Positions 13,101-25,760 of a DNA stretch of 64,000 nt are shown one piece after another. The first letter of the stretch is position 1, and the number at the start of each line of letters is the position of its first letter. The stretch comes from Octopus sinensis. Lineage: Eukaryota. A program made the position numbers and the translations under genes. Below the pieces are notes generated by a model that searched no databases, was not told where the DNA came from, and worked only from the letters and a program-made list of their open reading frames with translations. The stretch is from assembly GCF_006345805.1 (NCBI RefSeq), contig NC_043000.1:58528001-58592000 (forward strand), given 5' to 3'.

Positions 13101-14719
13101 ATTAATTAGAGACAGAAATGCAATACAATAGGCGGAAGTCTGGGAGCCCCACAAGTCTAAGGGGCCAAATTCTGATCTATGTCAGCTCTAGCTTAATAAA
13201 TGAATTATAAATAAATAAATTATAATAATAATAATAATAAATAAGTTATTAATAATAAATAAATTATTATTAATAGTAATAAATAAATTATTATAAATCG
13301 CAGTGCTTTGATTTGCCCGGGGACCCATAATGCTACTGAGACAGCCCTGTAGAGATGCATAGTACTTAAATGGTCGAAAGACTGATGAGGTCTAGTACAC
13401 TACAGATGATCTTATAGTGTTGGCAGTGACAAACTTCGCTGTTGACATCTTCTAGTATCTTCGGATTGCTAGATTTATGAGATCGGAATTCCAAAATTCA
13501 ACCTGCACTCTTCGGAAAATATTACGTATTCATGTTGAAGTTAATACTGTTTGTGTGTCAGAATTATTATAACCGACCGCCTAAGATGGGATGCTTGATA
13601 TTTATACGTGACCGTCACTAAACGGGCTGCACTGGACGACACTGTCCCCTCACTATTCAAAGGTGCACCCTAAGATTTAGAAAATACAGCTTTTCAAAAA
13701 TCTTTCCGCAATACAAATTGGTGCCCTCCCAGAATATTCTGAATCACCAAAGTTTAGTGATGGGTCTGCACTTATAGCTTTTCAGTGATACTGCAGCACG
13801 TTTTTGAAACTTTATTTTTCATAACCCTGCCGGGAATTTCCCTACTGTAAGTTGAGTGTTGGTGCATAGTAAAATAAATCAGTGTTATGTTAGTTTACGG
13901 TCTTGAGTTTAATTCTTTCATGTCATTTATTCTCATGTCGGCTCTGTTCGTGCAAACTTACCATTAAAAGTATCCAAGCCATGCTACCCTGGTATTTTAA
14001 AACCTGCGAGTTGTTTGTGAATTTTAACAGGACAGGTAACAACATCATATTTGTTTCGTTTAATCACAACATAGGTTTTTCTTGCCTTTCTCTCTTACAA
14101 TACATTGTTGAATGATTAAAATTTCATTCTTCAAATAGCTGCATTATTTCATATGGCATAAATTCAGATTTATGGTTTTTCTATTCAGACATCTCTGCTC
14201 GACACGCTCTATAAACTTTAACTCAAGATCTAAGTTTTCTCTCACAGAACAGAAAAAAAAGGTGTGGAGGCAGAATTGGATTGTTGTTATTTAGCTCCAG
14301 GTCTGAAAGTCTGCTCTATCAAAGCTATGATCAAAAGCATTCCAGCCGTGACTACCACACTTTCTAAATATATATCTAGAACTACGTTTTCAAATGGGTC
14401 CTTTCATTTTTAGGACGATAGGGTGATTGAGGCAGATTCCGTTGCTATTTCTAGCAGACTGCGTGTACTCTCACTTATTGGTTCATTCAGTTTGTAGTTA
14501 AAAATGCAGGTGATGTAAGAAGCAATTTCTCCTCAACAGAGAAGAAAAATGGATTTTAGGTAGAAGAAATAGTAGAAAATCGGAAAAAATAATGAAGTCG
14601 CTTTGAGTTTACACATGCCTTGCCTTAATAGGACCTCAACTCGTACTAACGCTTAGACATCTAAACCAAGCAGAGGCGATTTCACTCCCATCTGTTCGCA
14701 GACGACTTCTTTCAGAGAG

Positions 14720-15290
14720 AAATAAAGAAAAAGTTGACCTCGGCGGGATTTGAACCCAGAGCTCAAACAGCTGGAACAAATGCTCTCCACCACCATTCCC
14801 ACATTCTCTCCAGTGACTTCATCATTTTGCCGCCTTAATATTTATGCTGTCGTCTGTTCAATCAATTATACTCACCTCTAATTGTGGCACAAGGCCAGTA
14901 ATTTTGGGGGAGGGTGAAGTTGATCATATCGACCCAAGTAATCAACTGGTACTTATTTTATCGTCCCCGAGAGGATGAAAGGTAAAGTTGACCTTGATGG
15001 CATTTGAACTCAGAACATAAAGAGCTATAAGAAATAACCCAAGCATTTTGCTCTTCTCCATGACCATTCTGCTAGCTTGCTACCTTTTTAATTATTTCAA
15101 ATTTTTGGTACAAGGCTATCAGTTTTAGTGGATGGAGATTAGTCGATTACAATGACAGCAGTACTTGACTAGTACTTTATTTTATCGATCTCGGAAGGAT
15201 GAAGTGCTAAGTTGCCCTCAACGGGATTTGAACGTTGAACGTTAAGAGCCGTAAGAATTACCGCTAAGTATTTTGTCTGACGCGCTAAGC
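14720..15290 (-). mobile_element. Cluster of three degenerate SINE copies (3843 family)
   Basis: Repeated AAGTTGACCT..ATTTGAAC and CTGGTACTTATTTTATCG motifs. Confidence 0.7.
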
Positions 15291-17019
15291 CATTCAGGCG
15301 GGAAGAAGTTGTTAACTCGATCGGGCTTTGAACTCAAAGTGTAATGAAATATACGTAAACAACACTACAGGGTACATTGTCCAATATTTTACCATTTTTA
15401 CCCTCCACAACATTCGAAGGGAAAAAACTGGAATAAGGTTTGTAATTTCATCTTCTGTTTTGTTTTTGTTTTTTAATATTCAGATAAAATGTAACATTAA
15501 CAGTTATGATTTAAAATAATTATGACACATTAAAAAAAATCGCCTTTGTTCGTAATGGAATTTGTAATTTCGTTAAACAAAATAGTAAGACTTTAGACTA
15601 CGCGAAACAATACCAATACATTTACACAGACATTTTACGTAGTATTGTAACAAGAACTCGAAAATGTTTAGAGCACATGCTTAAGAAGAGGCATTCACAT
15701 GATCGCTCTACCTGCTAGAAAAGCAGCTAAATAATCCTAATATAAATAAGAATCGTGGCCTAGTGGTTCGGATGTTACACTCGTGATCGCAATATCACGG
15801 ACCGGGCGGTGCAGTTTGTTCATGAGCAAAACACGTTGATCCAGTTCACTCAGCTGTAAATGTGGTGTCCTGTTGAAGAGCGATGTTGAGTTCTAGATCA
15901 TTTATACGCCTTAGAAACCCGGTAATCGGTCCCGAGAGTCCTGACGCTTTAAATAATCTATATATATATAGATGAGAATGTGTGTCTGTCTGTGTGAATC
16001 CCTAAAACTTGACAACTACACAGCTAATTTCAAAAAACATACCGGATGGTCACGACGGGAATGCAGTTTAATCATTAGTTTACTTTTACTTGATCAGAGC
16101 TGAGCTGCAGTTGAATAACAAATGTTGCAAGAGCTAAAGAAGGAGCCCATATACGGTCGTTCAACGTGCTAAATGTAACGGCCAAATCTTGCCTCACATA
16201 CAATACTATCTTTTAAAAGAAAAAGAAACGATGAATACGTCAGACATGGTAGTAATAGACATACAGGAAGACGGGTTGGATCGCCTTCACCATTTGATTA
16301 CTTAATCAAAGCCAACCGAGAATTAAACATCAACAACTAATGTTAACAGCGAAACCGTTCAAACTATGCTCACGGGATAAGTGCTAGAATTTTCTTTCAA
16401 CGAAAGCCTTAAATACAGCCGCTTTTAGCGCGAAAAGCTGAGGAAATTCGGATTTCGTTTAAGCGGTCTCGGATGAATTTCCTGTCTTATAGCTGTTTTC
16501 GCAGTTTCACAGCCAAACCAACGCAATTCTCCTAATAGCTGTTTTTATAGATATATGCCCAACTCGGAGAGGGATGAAGAATCAATGCGGCCATACGTAA
16601 GTGCAGCGATGTGAAAAACCAGCTTAATCCTCAATTATCTGTCGAAGATCTCCAGCATCTGTAAAAATGGAGTTAAGACTGACACTGACTGCATTTCATG
16701 AAACCTTGTAAAAAAATGTAGCAATGATTGTTGTATATAAACTGACACCAAGTCTTTGTCATAGTCAACGCTAATGACTGTTGTCCCCGACGCAAGAAAT
16801 AGCAGTTACCATACACATCGGTGAACCCGATTTAAGAGAACGGTTGGAAGTCATTACAACTGAACAAAAGAATTTAAAACTTATTTCATAAGAAAACAGT
16901 TCGATTGAATTTGGAGCGGAAAATAAATTTTAAGCTAAAGTAAATTTTTCTTTTTTAATTTTATTCTAGTATTTTATATAAATAGAAGCATTTTCTTTCT
17001 TCTATATGCACATGGCGTT

Positions 17020-17610
17020 AAAATTGTGGGGAGGGTACTAGTCGACCACAGGATTCACAGGGCTCAACTGATACTTATTTTATCAACCCCGAAAGGAGGA
17101 AAGACAAAGTGGACTTCGGTGGCATTTGAACTTAAAGATTAAAGTCGAAGAAATGCCGCTAAGCATTTTGTCTGGCGTGATAACTATTCTACCAGCTCGT
17201 TGCTCTTTAAAATTCTTTCTACTACATATAGGTACAAGGCCTAGTATTTGGGGGGAGAAAGCTTGTCGGTTACATCGATCCCGGAGCTCGAGTGGCAGTT
17301 ATTTTATCGACCTCGAGAGAATGAAAGTCGACCTCAGCGGCATGTAGACTCATAACGTAATAGTAGAAGAAATACTTATTTCTTTACTACCCACAAGGGG
17401 CTAAACACAGAAGGGACAGACAAACGGATTAGGTCGATTATATCGACCCCAGTGCGTAACTGGTACTTATTTAATCGACCCCGAAAGGATAAGAGGCAAA
17501 GTCGACCTCGGTGGAATTTGAACTCAGAATGTATTGGCAGACGAAATGGTAGAAGAAATACTGCTAAACAGTCTCTCTAGCGTTATAACGATTCTGCCAG
17601 CTCGCTGCCT
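17020..17610 (-). mobile_element. SINE cluster with a nested copy (17377-17548) flanked by a 14-bp direct repeat
   Basis: GTAGAAGAAATACT at 17363-17376 and 17549-17562 brackets a copy carrying the TAAAGAAAT tail. Confidence 0.8.
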
Positions 17611-18011
17611 TTTCAATAAAATCACTTTTAAATTCAGTTTTATCAGCTCACTCAACTTGTGCAATTCTATCTGTATCCCTAATAGCATGTGTGATGAGTG
17701 TGTGCGTGTGTATTAATGCATATACAAGTCCCAGCCCGCAATGAAGTAAAAGCTATTAGTCTGATAAACAAGTCTCTTCACTAAAACTCTACAAACATTG
17801 ACGGATCTCAACAACTTCGGAAACATCGAACTCACCGAATCTCTCTCTCTCTCTCCTTCTCTCTATTTAATATCAGCAATGTCTTTGATGATACCTGGCA
17901 CGAGAAATTCAATTGAAAAATACCTTTGGTTTTCAGTTATTTCCAAGTGAATTTCTTTTAAAATACAAAAACAATTTCTTCTTCTTCTTCTCTCTCTCTC
18001 TCTCTCTCTCT

Positions 18012-18059
<48 letters not shown>

Positions 18060-19162
18060 TCATACATGTGTGTGTGTGGGCATACACACACATATGAGAG
18101 AGAGATATTCGGTGATATATCTTTCTATCTATATATATATGTGTGTGTGTGTATATGTATGTATGTATGTGTGTGTATACCTGTCTATCTAAAAGGCAAT
18201 CTTTATATCCAGCTTCATGTGGATGACTTGTTAGAACGCCGAATACTGCAGTATTAGCCTTCAGAGGTCTTTCATATAGACGCATGGGGAATAAAAAGCA
18301 CCAGCATATATCTCAGTAGACGAGAATCGTCTGTTATGAACGCTGGAACTGCCAGATCACATGATTTCAGTCTACTGGACTTCTACAGTTGCAGGCGTCC
18401 GATGACCGCAACCCCTCCATATCTCGTTGCCACAGTATATAGAATATTAGTGTTATAAAAATAGGATCACATGCGGTCGTATCGTATAGGAGACACGGTC
18501 GCACGTGGTCATATTCTTAATGAAATTTTAATACATACAGCGGCAATAGAACACGAGTGGAATGACAACAAGATTTCTTTTTGAGATATATACATTATTT
18601 ATTTTACATATTTTACAATCATGTTGTTTGGAAGTTTGTAAGTGTTAGCATGTTTTTGTGTCTGTGTGTTCGTGAGGCATGAAAGGTACTGACCAGAGAA
18701 ATAACAATGGAATTTGGTTCACAGTTCATGTTGTTGGTATCAGCCTAGCAACAGGTAGTAGCAGATGGCTTAAGGTAGTTCTTAGAAGAACTAGAACTCA
18801 AGACAGATAATTGATTTACCGTTTATGAGGTACACGGAGTGTAAGAGTTCTATATCAAGATGTTGCGTCTCGTAGTTGAGATTAATTGAATCACTTGTTG
18901 TGTTTATCTTTCTCTTGATATGAATATACTTCCAGATATATTAACTGTAGCCGTTTTTCCCGTGGTGAGATTTTCACCCAACCGCTAGAGTTGAATCTGT
19001 GGTTGTCTTGTGTACAAATTAAATCTTCGATGTTTGGCGATGAGTTGTGTCTGTCGCTTGGTTTTTGCTGCGTCTTCATCATATATTCTGCTTGGTTATT
19101 TTTCTCTTGATATAATGGTGGTCGCCTGCCTTTCGAACTGGAACATGGTCGAGTATGCTCTG

Positions 19163-19349
19163 TGTGGTCAGAGGTTCGCCCTGAGAAGGACTTGAACCAA
19201 AGACGAACTCTGTGGTCAGAGGTTCGCCCTGAGAAGGACTTGAGCCAAAGACGAACTCTGTGGTCAGAGGTTCGCCCTGAGAAGGACTTGAGCCAAAGAC
19301 GAACTCTGTGGTCAGAGGTTCGCCCTGAGAAGGACTTGAACCAAAGACG
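19163..19349. repeat. 48-bp tandem repeat, 3.9 near-identical copies
   Basis: TGTGGTCAGAGGTTCGCCCTGAGAAGGACTTGA(A/G)CCAAAGACGAACTC starts at 19163, 19211, 19259 and 19307. Confidence 0.97.
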
Positions 19350-19540
19350 GATATTTGCCTGAGAACATTTCTTTATATAAGGTTTATGTGGCTCAAAACG
19401 AACTTCAGAAATGGAAAGCTGTGATTGGCTGCTTGGAACAAATGGCGCGAAAATAAGCGGAGGCAAATCGCGTCACGTGACAACCAGCGGTGCGAACGTA
19501 GTAGAGACCACGTGTCAGCCAATCGGATTAGTGTTTACAA
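19345..19540 (-). promoter_or_regulatory. Putative Pol II promoter (TATA, CCAAT, E2F, E-boxes)
   Basis: Minus-strand TATATAAAG 19379-19371; CCAAT 19428-19424 and 19519-19523; TTTTCGCGCCA (E2F consensus) 19453-19443; GTCACGTGAC 19471-19480; CACGTG about 19509. Confidence 0.55.
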
Positions 19541-19754
19541 CAATGTTAAACTAGCTGAAGATGTTTGTAATCTCGAACGAGATTATTCTTAATACTCTTC
19601 TCAAACAGTGAAGATAGCAATGAGTGTAACGATATTGCTACAGTGTCTTTTCAGTTGTTGATGTCACATATAGCCAGCAAGCTTATTAAAGAATAATTAT
19701 TTACGATGGAATCAGTATTAGTACCAAAAAATCAATCTTTATATCCAACTTAAC

Positions 19755-19942
19755 GTTTGAATTTTGGCACCCCAACCCATAAAATCATGGGGAGGGTATG
19801 AGTCGATTACATCGGTACCAGTATTCAGTACTTACCTTATCGACTCCGAAAAGATGAAAAGCAAAGTCGACTTCGGTGGAATTTGAACTCAGAATGTAAA
19901 GGCAGACGAAACGTGCTAACGATTCTGCCAGCTCGCCGCCTT
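19755..19942 (-). mobile_element. SINE copy (3843 family)
   Basis: Ends in GATTCTGCCAGCTCGCCGCC, the reverse complement of the head. Confidence 0.8.
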
Positions 19943-20671
19943 ATAAAATTTCGAATATTGCAATATCATCCTCGAAAGGTCCTCTCATTCAAACGTATGG
20001 CACATTTATCAACCTATTATATTTTATGGGTCTTAAAAGATTACAATCACAGCTGATATTTTTCAGTTAGCGATTAATCAAAAAGAGAGAGGGAGAGAAA
20101 GAGAAAAGCTTTCTTTCAATAGCCTCCTTCATTTTAGATGTCTTTCATTCATTACGTTCGAATCTTAAATTCACATCAGCCAAGTATTGATTACATAGTT
20201 TTATTAATATTGTGTGTGTCCTGACTATGAAATAACGAGTCCAGTGATAATTTGTTACCTCCCTTACTAGCTAATTAGTGCTTCTCATTTTGCAAAAATG
20301 TTTTTATATAGTGTAACAATATAAATATCCTGATCAATATAAACATCAGAACAATTAGATGTTGTTTACTTGGAAAACAACAGTTGAATATTGAAAAGTA
20401 CTTCCTATTAAGTAAATATCGTGGTTTGAGAAAGTCTTTTGGGGATTTCTCTGACGGCAATGTACAATCACTCCTGACTGAGGATATCTTTATAGTTCCT
20501 TTTTCCTTTTCCTTTTTTTTTTTTTTTTTGCTTCTTTCTTCTCATTAGTATTCTGTATGACTAAATACAACAACCGATGGAGCAATGGGGGTTAGACACT
20601 CTGACAATAACTGTTATTAAACAAGTGTGATTCCAACGAAATGTGTTGCGTACTACTTTGCTTGGTGACTC

Positions 20672-20703
<32 letters not shown>

Positions 20704-20706
20704 ATC

Positions 20707-20751
<45 letters not shown>

Positions 20752-21140
20752 TTGTCTGTCTGTCTGTCTGTCTGTTTGTTTGTCTTTCTGTTTGTCTATC
20801 TTTTACTTGTTGTAGTCATTGGACAGCGACCATATTAGGACACTGGCTCGAAGGGTTTAGTCGAACTAATCGACTCCAGTATCCATTTTATGTCTGGCAC
20901 TTATTGTGTTTGTCTCTTTTGCCAAACAGCTATCTTATGGTAATGTTAACAAACCAACACCAGTAGTGGCGGGGACAAACAAAAAAACACACATACTACA
21001 TAAATAATGCGCCTCTAATATTTTAGTTATTCATGAAACACATCTCCCAATCCTTTATCGCTAGATTTCAACATTATGAAACACCAAAGCCAAGACTTTG
21101 CAACGCATTATAGATGGTCATGGAAGCGTGGATGAAACTA

Positions 21141-21940
21141 TCTAATAACGACTCTGTTCAGAAGGCTGAAATAATACATATAAGTACCAGCGGGGAAAGA
21201 GCGAGACACAACCGAGTAGAATGTTTAAGAGATAGAATTATCGATATATTATTGATATGTTAACATGTATGTCTGTGTGTGCGTCATGTATACAGAATAA
21301 TAGACAGGCCGTCATGAGAATAAAATGTATGTGTGTATATACGTGTGCGTTAAGTACATATGAGAATAGCAATGAAGGAGAAAATAGTGAAAGAGTCTAT
21401 AATGAGAAGTTAGACGAGTGTTCATAGACACAAGAATGAGAAATATCAGTTCGTAGTCAATTGTACACGGTAATAGAAATACTGTATCAAGACGTTGCGG
21501 CGATGATGCTGAGCCAGAGTTGCGGTCCATGTCGTACGAAGTTGTGGCTGTAATGCTACTGCCTGGGTCACTTGTACAGGAGTTCTCGCAGGTTGTATAT
21601 TCGCTGTTAACCATGGTGAAATAATTCACAAACAGTGCTATGTTGAACATGTACAGTGTTGTATGAGCTGTGTACGGAGACAGATGATGTTGATGACATT
21701 AAGAAGATGATAATGGCGACGAAGAATGATATTGCCGTAATGCTGGTGGACGGGTTTCGTCGTCTGGCTAGAAAGTTGTATATTTGCTGTTGGTTCATGG
21801 TGAAGTAATTCACGAACAGGGCTGTGTTGAAACCTGGATGTGTTGCTGTTGGACGAGTGTTGTCGTCTGGCGTTTTCGCTGGAACTGGCTGTGTCTCGTG
21901 TGGTCAGTGGCTCCACCTTAAAAGGTCTGGAACCAAAGAC
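21141..21940 (-). repeat. Diverged direct-repeat unit, homologous to 22493-23095, with an internal duplication
   Basis: Colinear alignment from TCTAATAACGACTC to ACCTTAAAAGGTCTG in both copies. Confidence 0.9.
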
Positions 21941-22110
21941 CTCGAGACGAGGAAAAGCTGGGTTTTTATTAGGAACAGTAAGCTCAAACGAAGTTGATAA
22001 CAGGCTGTCTCACGTGATCTTATTTAGGGGATCCAATTGGTTATACGCTGCATATTTGCACGACACAGTAAAAGACAAATTGTGCCAATACCAACCAATC
22101 AGAGTAGTGG
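21941..22110 (-). promoter_or_regulatory. Putative promoter of the 21.1-21.9 kb unit
   Basis: TAATAAAAA starts at 21971, 31 nt from the conserved GTCTTTGG (same spacing as at 19379). CACGTG at 22011; CCAAT at 22033, 22085 and 22095. Confidence 0.4.
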
Positions 22111-22492
22111 ACACAACGGGGTCCAAACAGCGGCCAAAGGCTAGCTGTCATCTGCTACGTTCGAATGCCCGTATATATAATAAAGGGGAGATGAATTTCA
22201 CTAGAGTGTACGCTACAGATAGCCCCTCACAAATCATTTTGTGGGAGACAAAATAGACGATAAAAGGAAGATATTTCTATAGCGAAGAGGTGAAATTAGA
22301 AAAAACGGTTGGTCATTGAAGTAAAATGAAAGCTGTCACTGGACTACGGAAAGGAATGCGTATTCTAAGTCAGGTCACCATTATGGAAGGAATTGTGATC
22401 TAGAACGTCTGGGTTACCATTTTTGAAGGAATTGTGATCTACAACGTCGGGGTTACCATTATAGATTGTCGTGGTCTCACGTGGTGAACCCA

Positions 22493-23095
22493 TCTAATAA
22501 CGACTCCGTTCAGAAGGCTGGAATAATGCATAGATGTACCAGAGGGTAAAGAGAGAGGCATAACCCAATAGAATGTTCAAGAAAAGTTTTATTGATAGGT
22601 TAACATGAGTGTCTGTATTTGCGTCATGTATACAGAATAACAGAGTGAACAAAGTGTATGTATATATAGGCATGGATGTATGCGTGTACGTTAAGTACAT
22701 ATAAGAAAAGCAATGAAGGAGAAAACAATGGAAGAGTCTATAATGAGAAGTTAGACGAGTGTTCATAGACACAAGAATGAGAAATACCAGTTCGTAGTCA
22801 ATTGTACATGGTAATAGAAATACTGTATCAAGAAGTTGCGGTGATGATGTTGAGCCGGAGTTGCTGTACATGTCGTACGAAGTTGTGGCTGTAATGCTGC
22901 TGCCCGGGTCACTTGACACAGGAGTTCTCGCAGGTTGTATATTCGCTGTAAACCATGGTGAAATAATCCACAAACAATGCTATGTTGAACCTGGGCATGT
23001 TGCTGTTGGACGGGTGTTGTCATCTGGCGTTGTCGCTGGAACTGGCTATGTCTTGTGTGGTCATTGGCTAGACCTTAAAAGGTCTGAAACCAACG
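22493..23095 (-). repeat. Second copy of the direct-repeat unit
   Basis: Homologous to 21141-21940. Minus-strand AATAAA at 22593-22588. Confidence 0.9.
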
Positions 23096-23096
23096 A

Positions 23097-23960
23097 ATTT
23101 CTTTATTTACCTATAAAAGGTATACATAGAGGGGACACTACAAAGGACGAACACTTACATTCTTACAAAATCGTTTGGGTTGTAATGAAATGGAAAAAAA
23201 TCGAAAAAATCGAAAAATCGGATGAAAGAATGAAATAAAAATATATACAATTAAAAATTAATAAAATAATGTTCCGGTTTATTTTATATATTTAACCCAC
23301 CGTTTATTTTTTCATTTTTCCTTTGTCTTTTTTTTCCTTCTTTTCGTCCTGACCGGCTATGCTAGCACGGCCCCATTCATCCTCAGCTTCCTTACCACAG
23401 ACATCCATCTTTTCCCGAACGTACTTTGAGACAGGCACTTTTTCTCCAGACGGATCTTTCTCGACAGGTGGAAGTTGAAATAGCTTACCAACCTGTGTCC
23501 AGAGATGAAGTGACCAGTCCCAATCCCTTTCGCTCGTGTCATCCATACCGTTTCTTTCAGTATGGCTACTACGCAGAAAAAAGATGCCTTCTTTTCCTTG
23601 TTGAAGGCAGGTGGTACGATCTTAATCATGGACTCAGTCGAGAGCCGTGCTCTTTCCGCATCCGATATCAGTTGTTCGACATAGCTTATCAACTCCCTTA
23701 ACTCCTCACAGTGTACGAAGGCGTGCACGACGGTTTCACTGGCGCGCCCGCACCTCGGGCATGTGGTGGTGTCAAAACCGTGTCTAGATAACCTCTCTCG
23801 AACCGGTAAGGCCGATCGGTTGCACAACCAAGCCAAGGATTTCTGAAAGTTATCCAGATACCTCGGCCCGAATGTCCTTCCGAACAGGTTAGTCAGTTGC
23901 TCCTCATCGAAGCCTAGAGTCTCCCCCAGGACATCGTCGGACTTATGCTCTACCAACCCT
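23097..23960 (-). mobile_element. L1/Tx1-type LINE 3' end (ORF2 zinc-binding C-terminus and 3' UTR)
   Basis: CPRCGRASETVVHAFVHC (zf-RVT pattern), ILKETVWMTR; T-rich 3' UTR ending AATAAAGAAAT. Confidence 0.85.
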
Positions 23961-24124
23961 CTATAAATATACACACATATACACATGTACATATATGCAC
24001 GCAACCATGCCCGCATACGAAAATCTCTCGGTGTATACATATATATATATATATATATAAATATATATGTGTATGTGTGTGTGTGTTTAGTAATTTGTCT
24101 CTAGACTGTAGCAGTTTCATAAAT

Positions 24125-25760
24125 TCTGTTATACATAAACACATTTTGTTCCCAATATTATAATAGTGGGGTCTACCTATTATACTCCAACTAAGGGTGT
24201 AATCTCTTTGTCTAAATTTTAATTCCCATGTATATTTACTAAACCTGTGGTCCTACTTAAATTAGGATGTTTGAAAGTCTGGTAGTGTTGAGAGATTCTT
24301 TTTTTAATTTCATTAGCAGTAGATCCTATATGAACTTTATTTATAACTTTATTATTATTGTTCTTAGAGCTTACTAAACATTTATAAATTACATTATCAA
24401 TATTAAAATTATTAGAGAGCTTACATTTAGTCTTATCACGACATGAACATTTTTCTATATGTTGATTAAGGCTCCCATCACTATCGGTTATGTTATGGCT
24501 AGAGTTATTACTTATTGTGCTATTATAATTATTATTTAATTTCTTATTATTTATAGAGGAAATGATATTACCTATATTCCTCGATGTTGAGTAGCCCACT
24601 CTTATGGTTTCATTGGAAAATATATTTGAATAAATGATGTCCTTTTTAAAAGACATTTTTACAATTTCAAGTGTCTCCTTAATATTAGTCATGACTTGAG
24701 CCCCATACGCAATAATTAACCATATAATGTCCTTTTTATTTTGTATATTTTTATATCATTATTAGACACCATCAGTATTAAAGTATTATTCTTAGGTGTA
24801 TTATATCTCCGCTTGTATAATTTACTGTCTCTTACTATTGATCATATTCTTTCTCATTATCAATATTACTATTATTATTGTAATCATTATTAATAACTAT
24901 ATTGTTTTTATCTTTATTTAGTTTCTTATATAGTATTTTATTATTATTCATATTTTTACTGTTACAATTATTATTTGGATTACCTGTTATATTATTAAGG
25001 TGTTTGTAATAATTAAAGGATCTTATATTAGTTATATCCTGCTTCATTTAATGCCTTATAATAATATGGGGCTTGTTTATTAAAAGTGTCATAATCTGAG
25101 GATAGCATAGATATTCTTTTGCCTATGCTATCTATTAAAGCTTATTTCACTGATCTAGGATGGTTACTTATAGAACTAATATACATTAAATTTCGTTCAA
25201 CTTATGGAATGGATGGATCTTATTAGTGACTAGATTAAGGTTGACATCCAGATAATTTACTGCATATTATTCATTCTCTACAGATATCCCTTGGCCATAA
25301 TTCTTAAAGGACTTATACATTTTCTTCATAAGGCATTCTATTGACCTATTAGTGCAGTTCCTGGTTATAAGTAGTTGGTTGTCCCTATAAAGACCACTCT
25401 CTATATTCGTAAATTCTATCTCTAGTTCAGATAAAAGGTATAATCCTACTAGATGGGTAACCTGGGAGCATTGGGGGCACCCATGGGCATATCAAAAACA
25501 ATCTCTTGTGTCTTTTCTTGCCCCTGGTTTATCTTTATATTTTACAACAGACTTCCTTGCGGCCAACACCATTTTGACTTCTTCAAATGACATATTTACC
25601 TTTCTCATTACAAATGACATATTTCAAGCCACTTCATTGATAAATGAATAAATCTCAATATCAATTTGAAGGAATTTACATCTATTCTTATTCTGAATAG
25701 TATTAAACCATTTGATAATGTCACGGGTAGAATTCCAGAGTTTCAGTCCTCTAATCACCA
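24125..25760 (-). mobile_element. Penelope-like element, degenerate RT and GIY-YIG endonuclease
   Basis: NVIYKC...VHIGSTANEIKKRISQH (GIY-YIG), CSCRDKTKC, and RT remnants PMGAP, NYLDVNLNL and NHPRSVK. Confidence 0.85.

Noticed and set aside
13100-13350. hAT-like MITE shared with about 57410-57550
   Set aside because: Similarity is visible, but both termini and a target duplication could not be defined.
19163-19349. CRISPR-like array
   Set aside because: Units are contiguous and near-identical with no unique spacers; no cas genes; eukaryotic context.
18891-19466. 191-aa ORF with repeated SFSGRTSDHRVRLW
   Set aside because: Non-ATG start, runs through the promoter motifs, and is open mainly because 48 is a multiple of 3.
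22378-22461. 38-bp tandem duplication
   Set aside because: Only two copies and no further structure.
21312-23023. Short ORFs in the duplicated units as a conserved protein
   Set aside because: Frames and stops differ between copies and no motif is recognisable. A micropeptide is not excluded.
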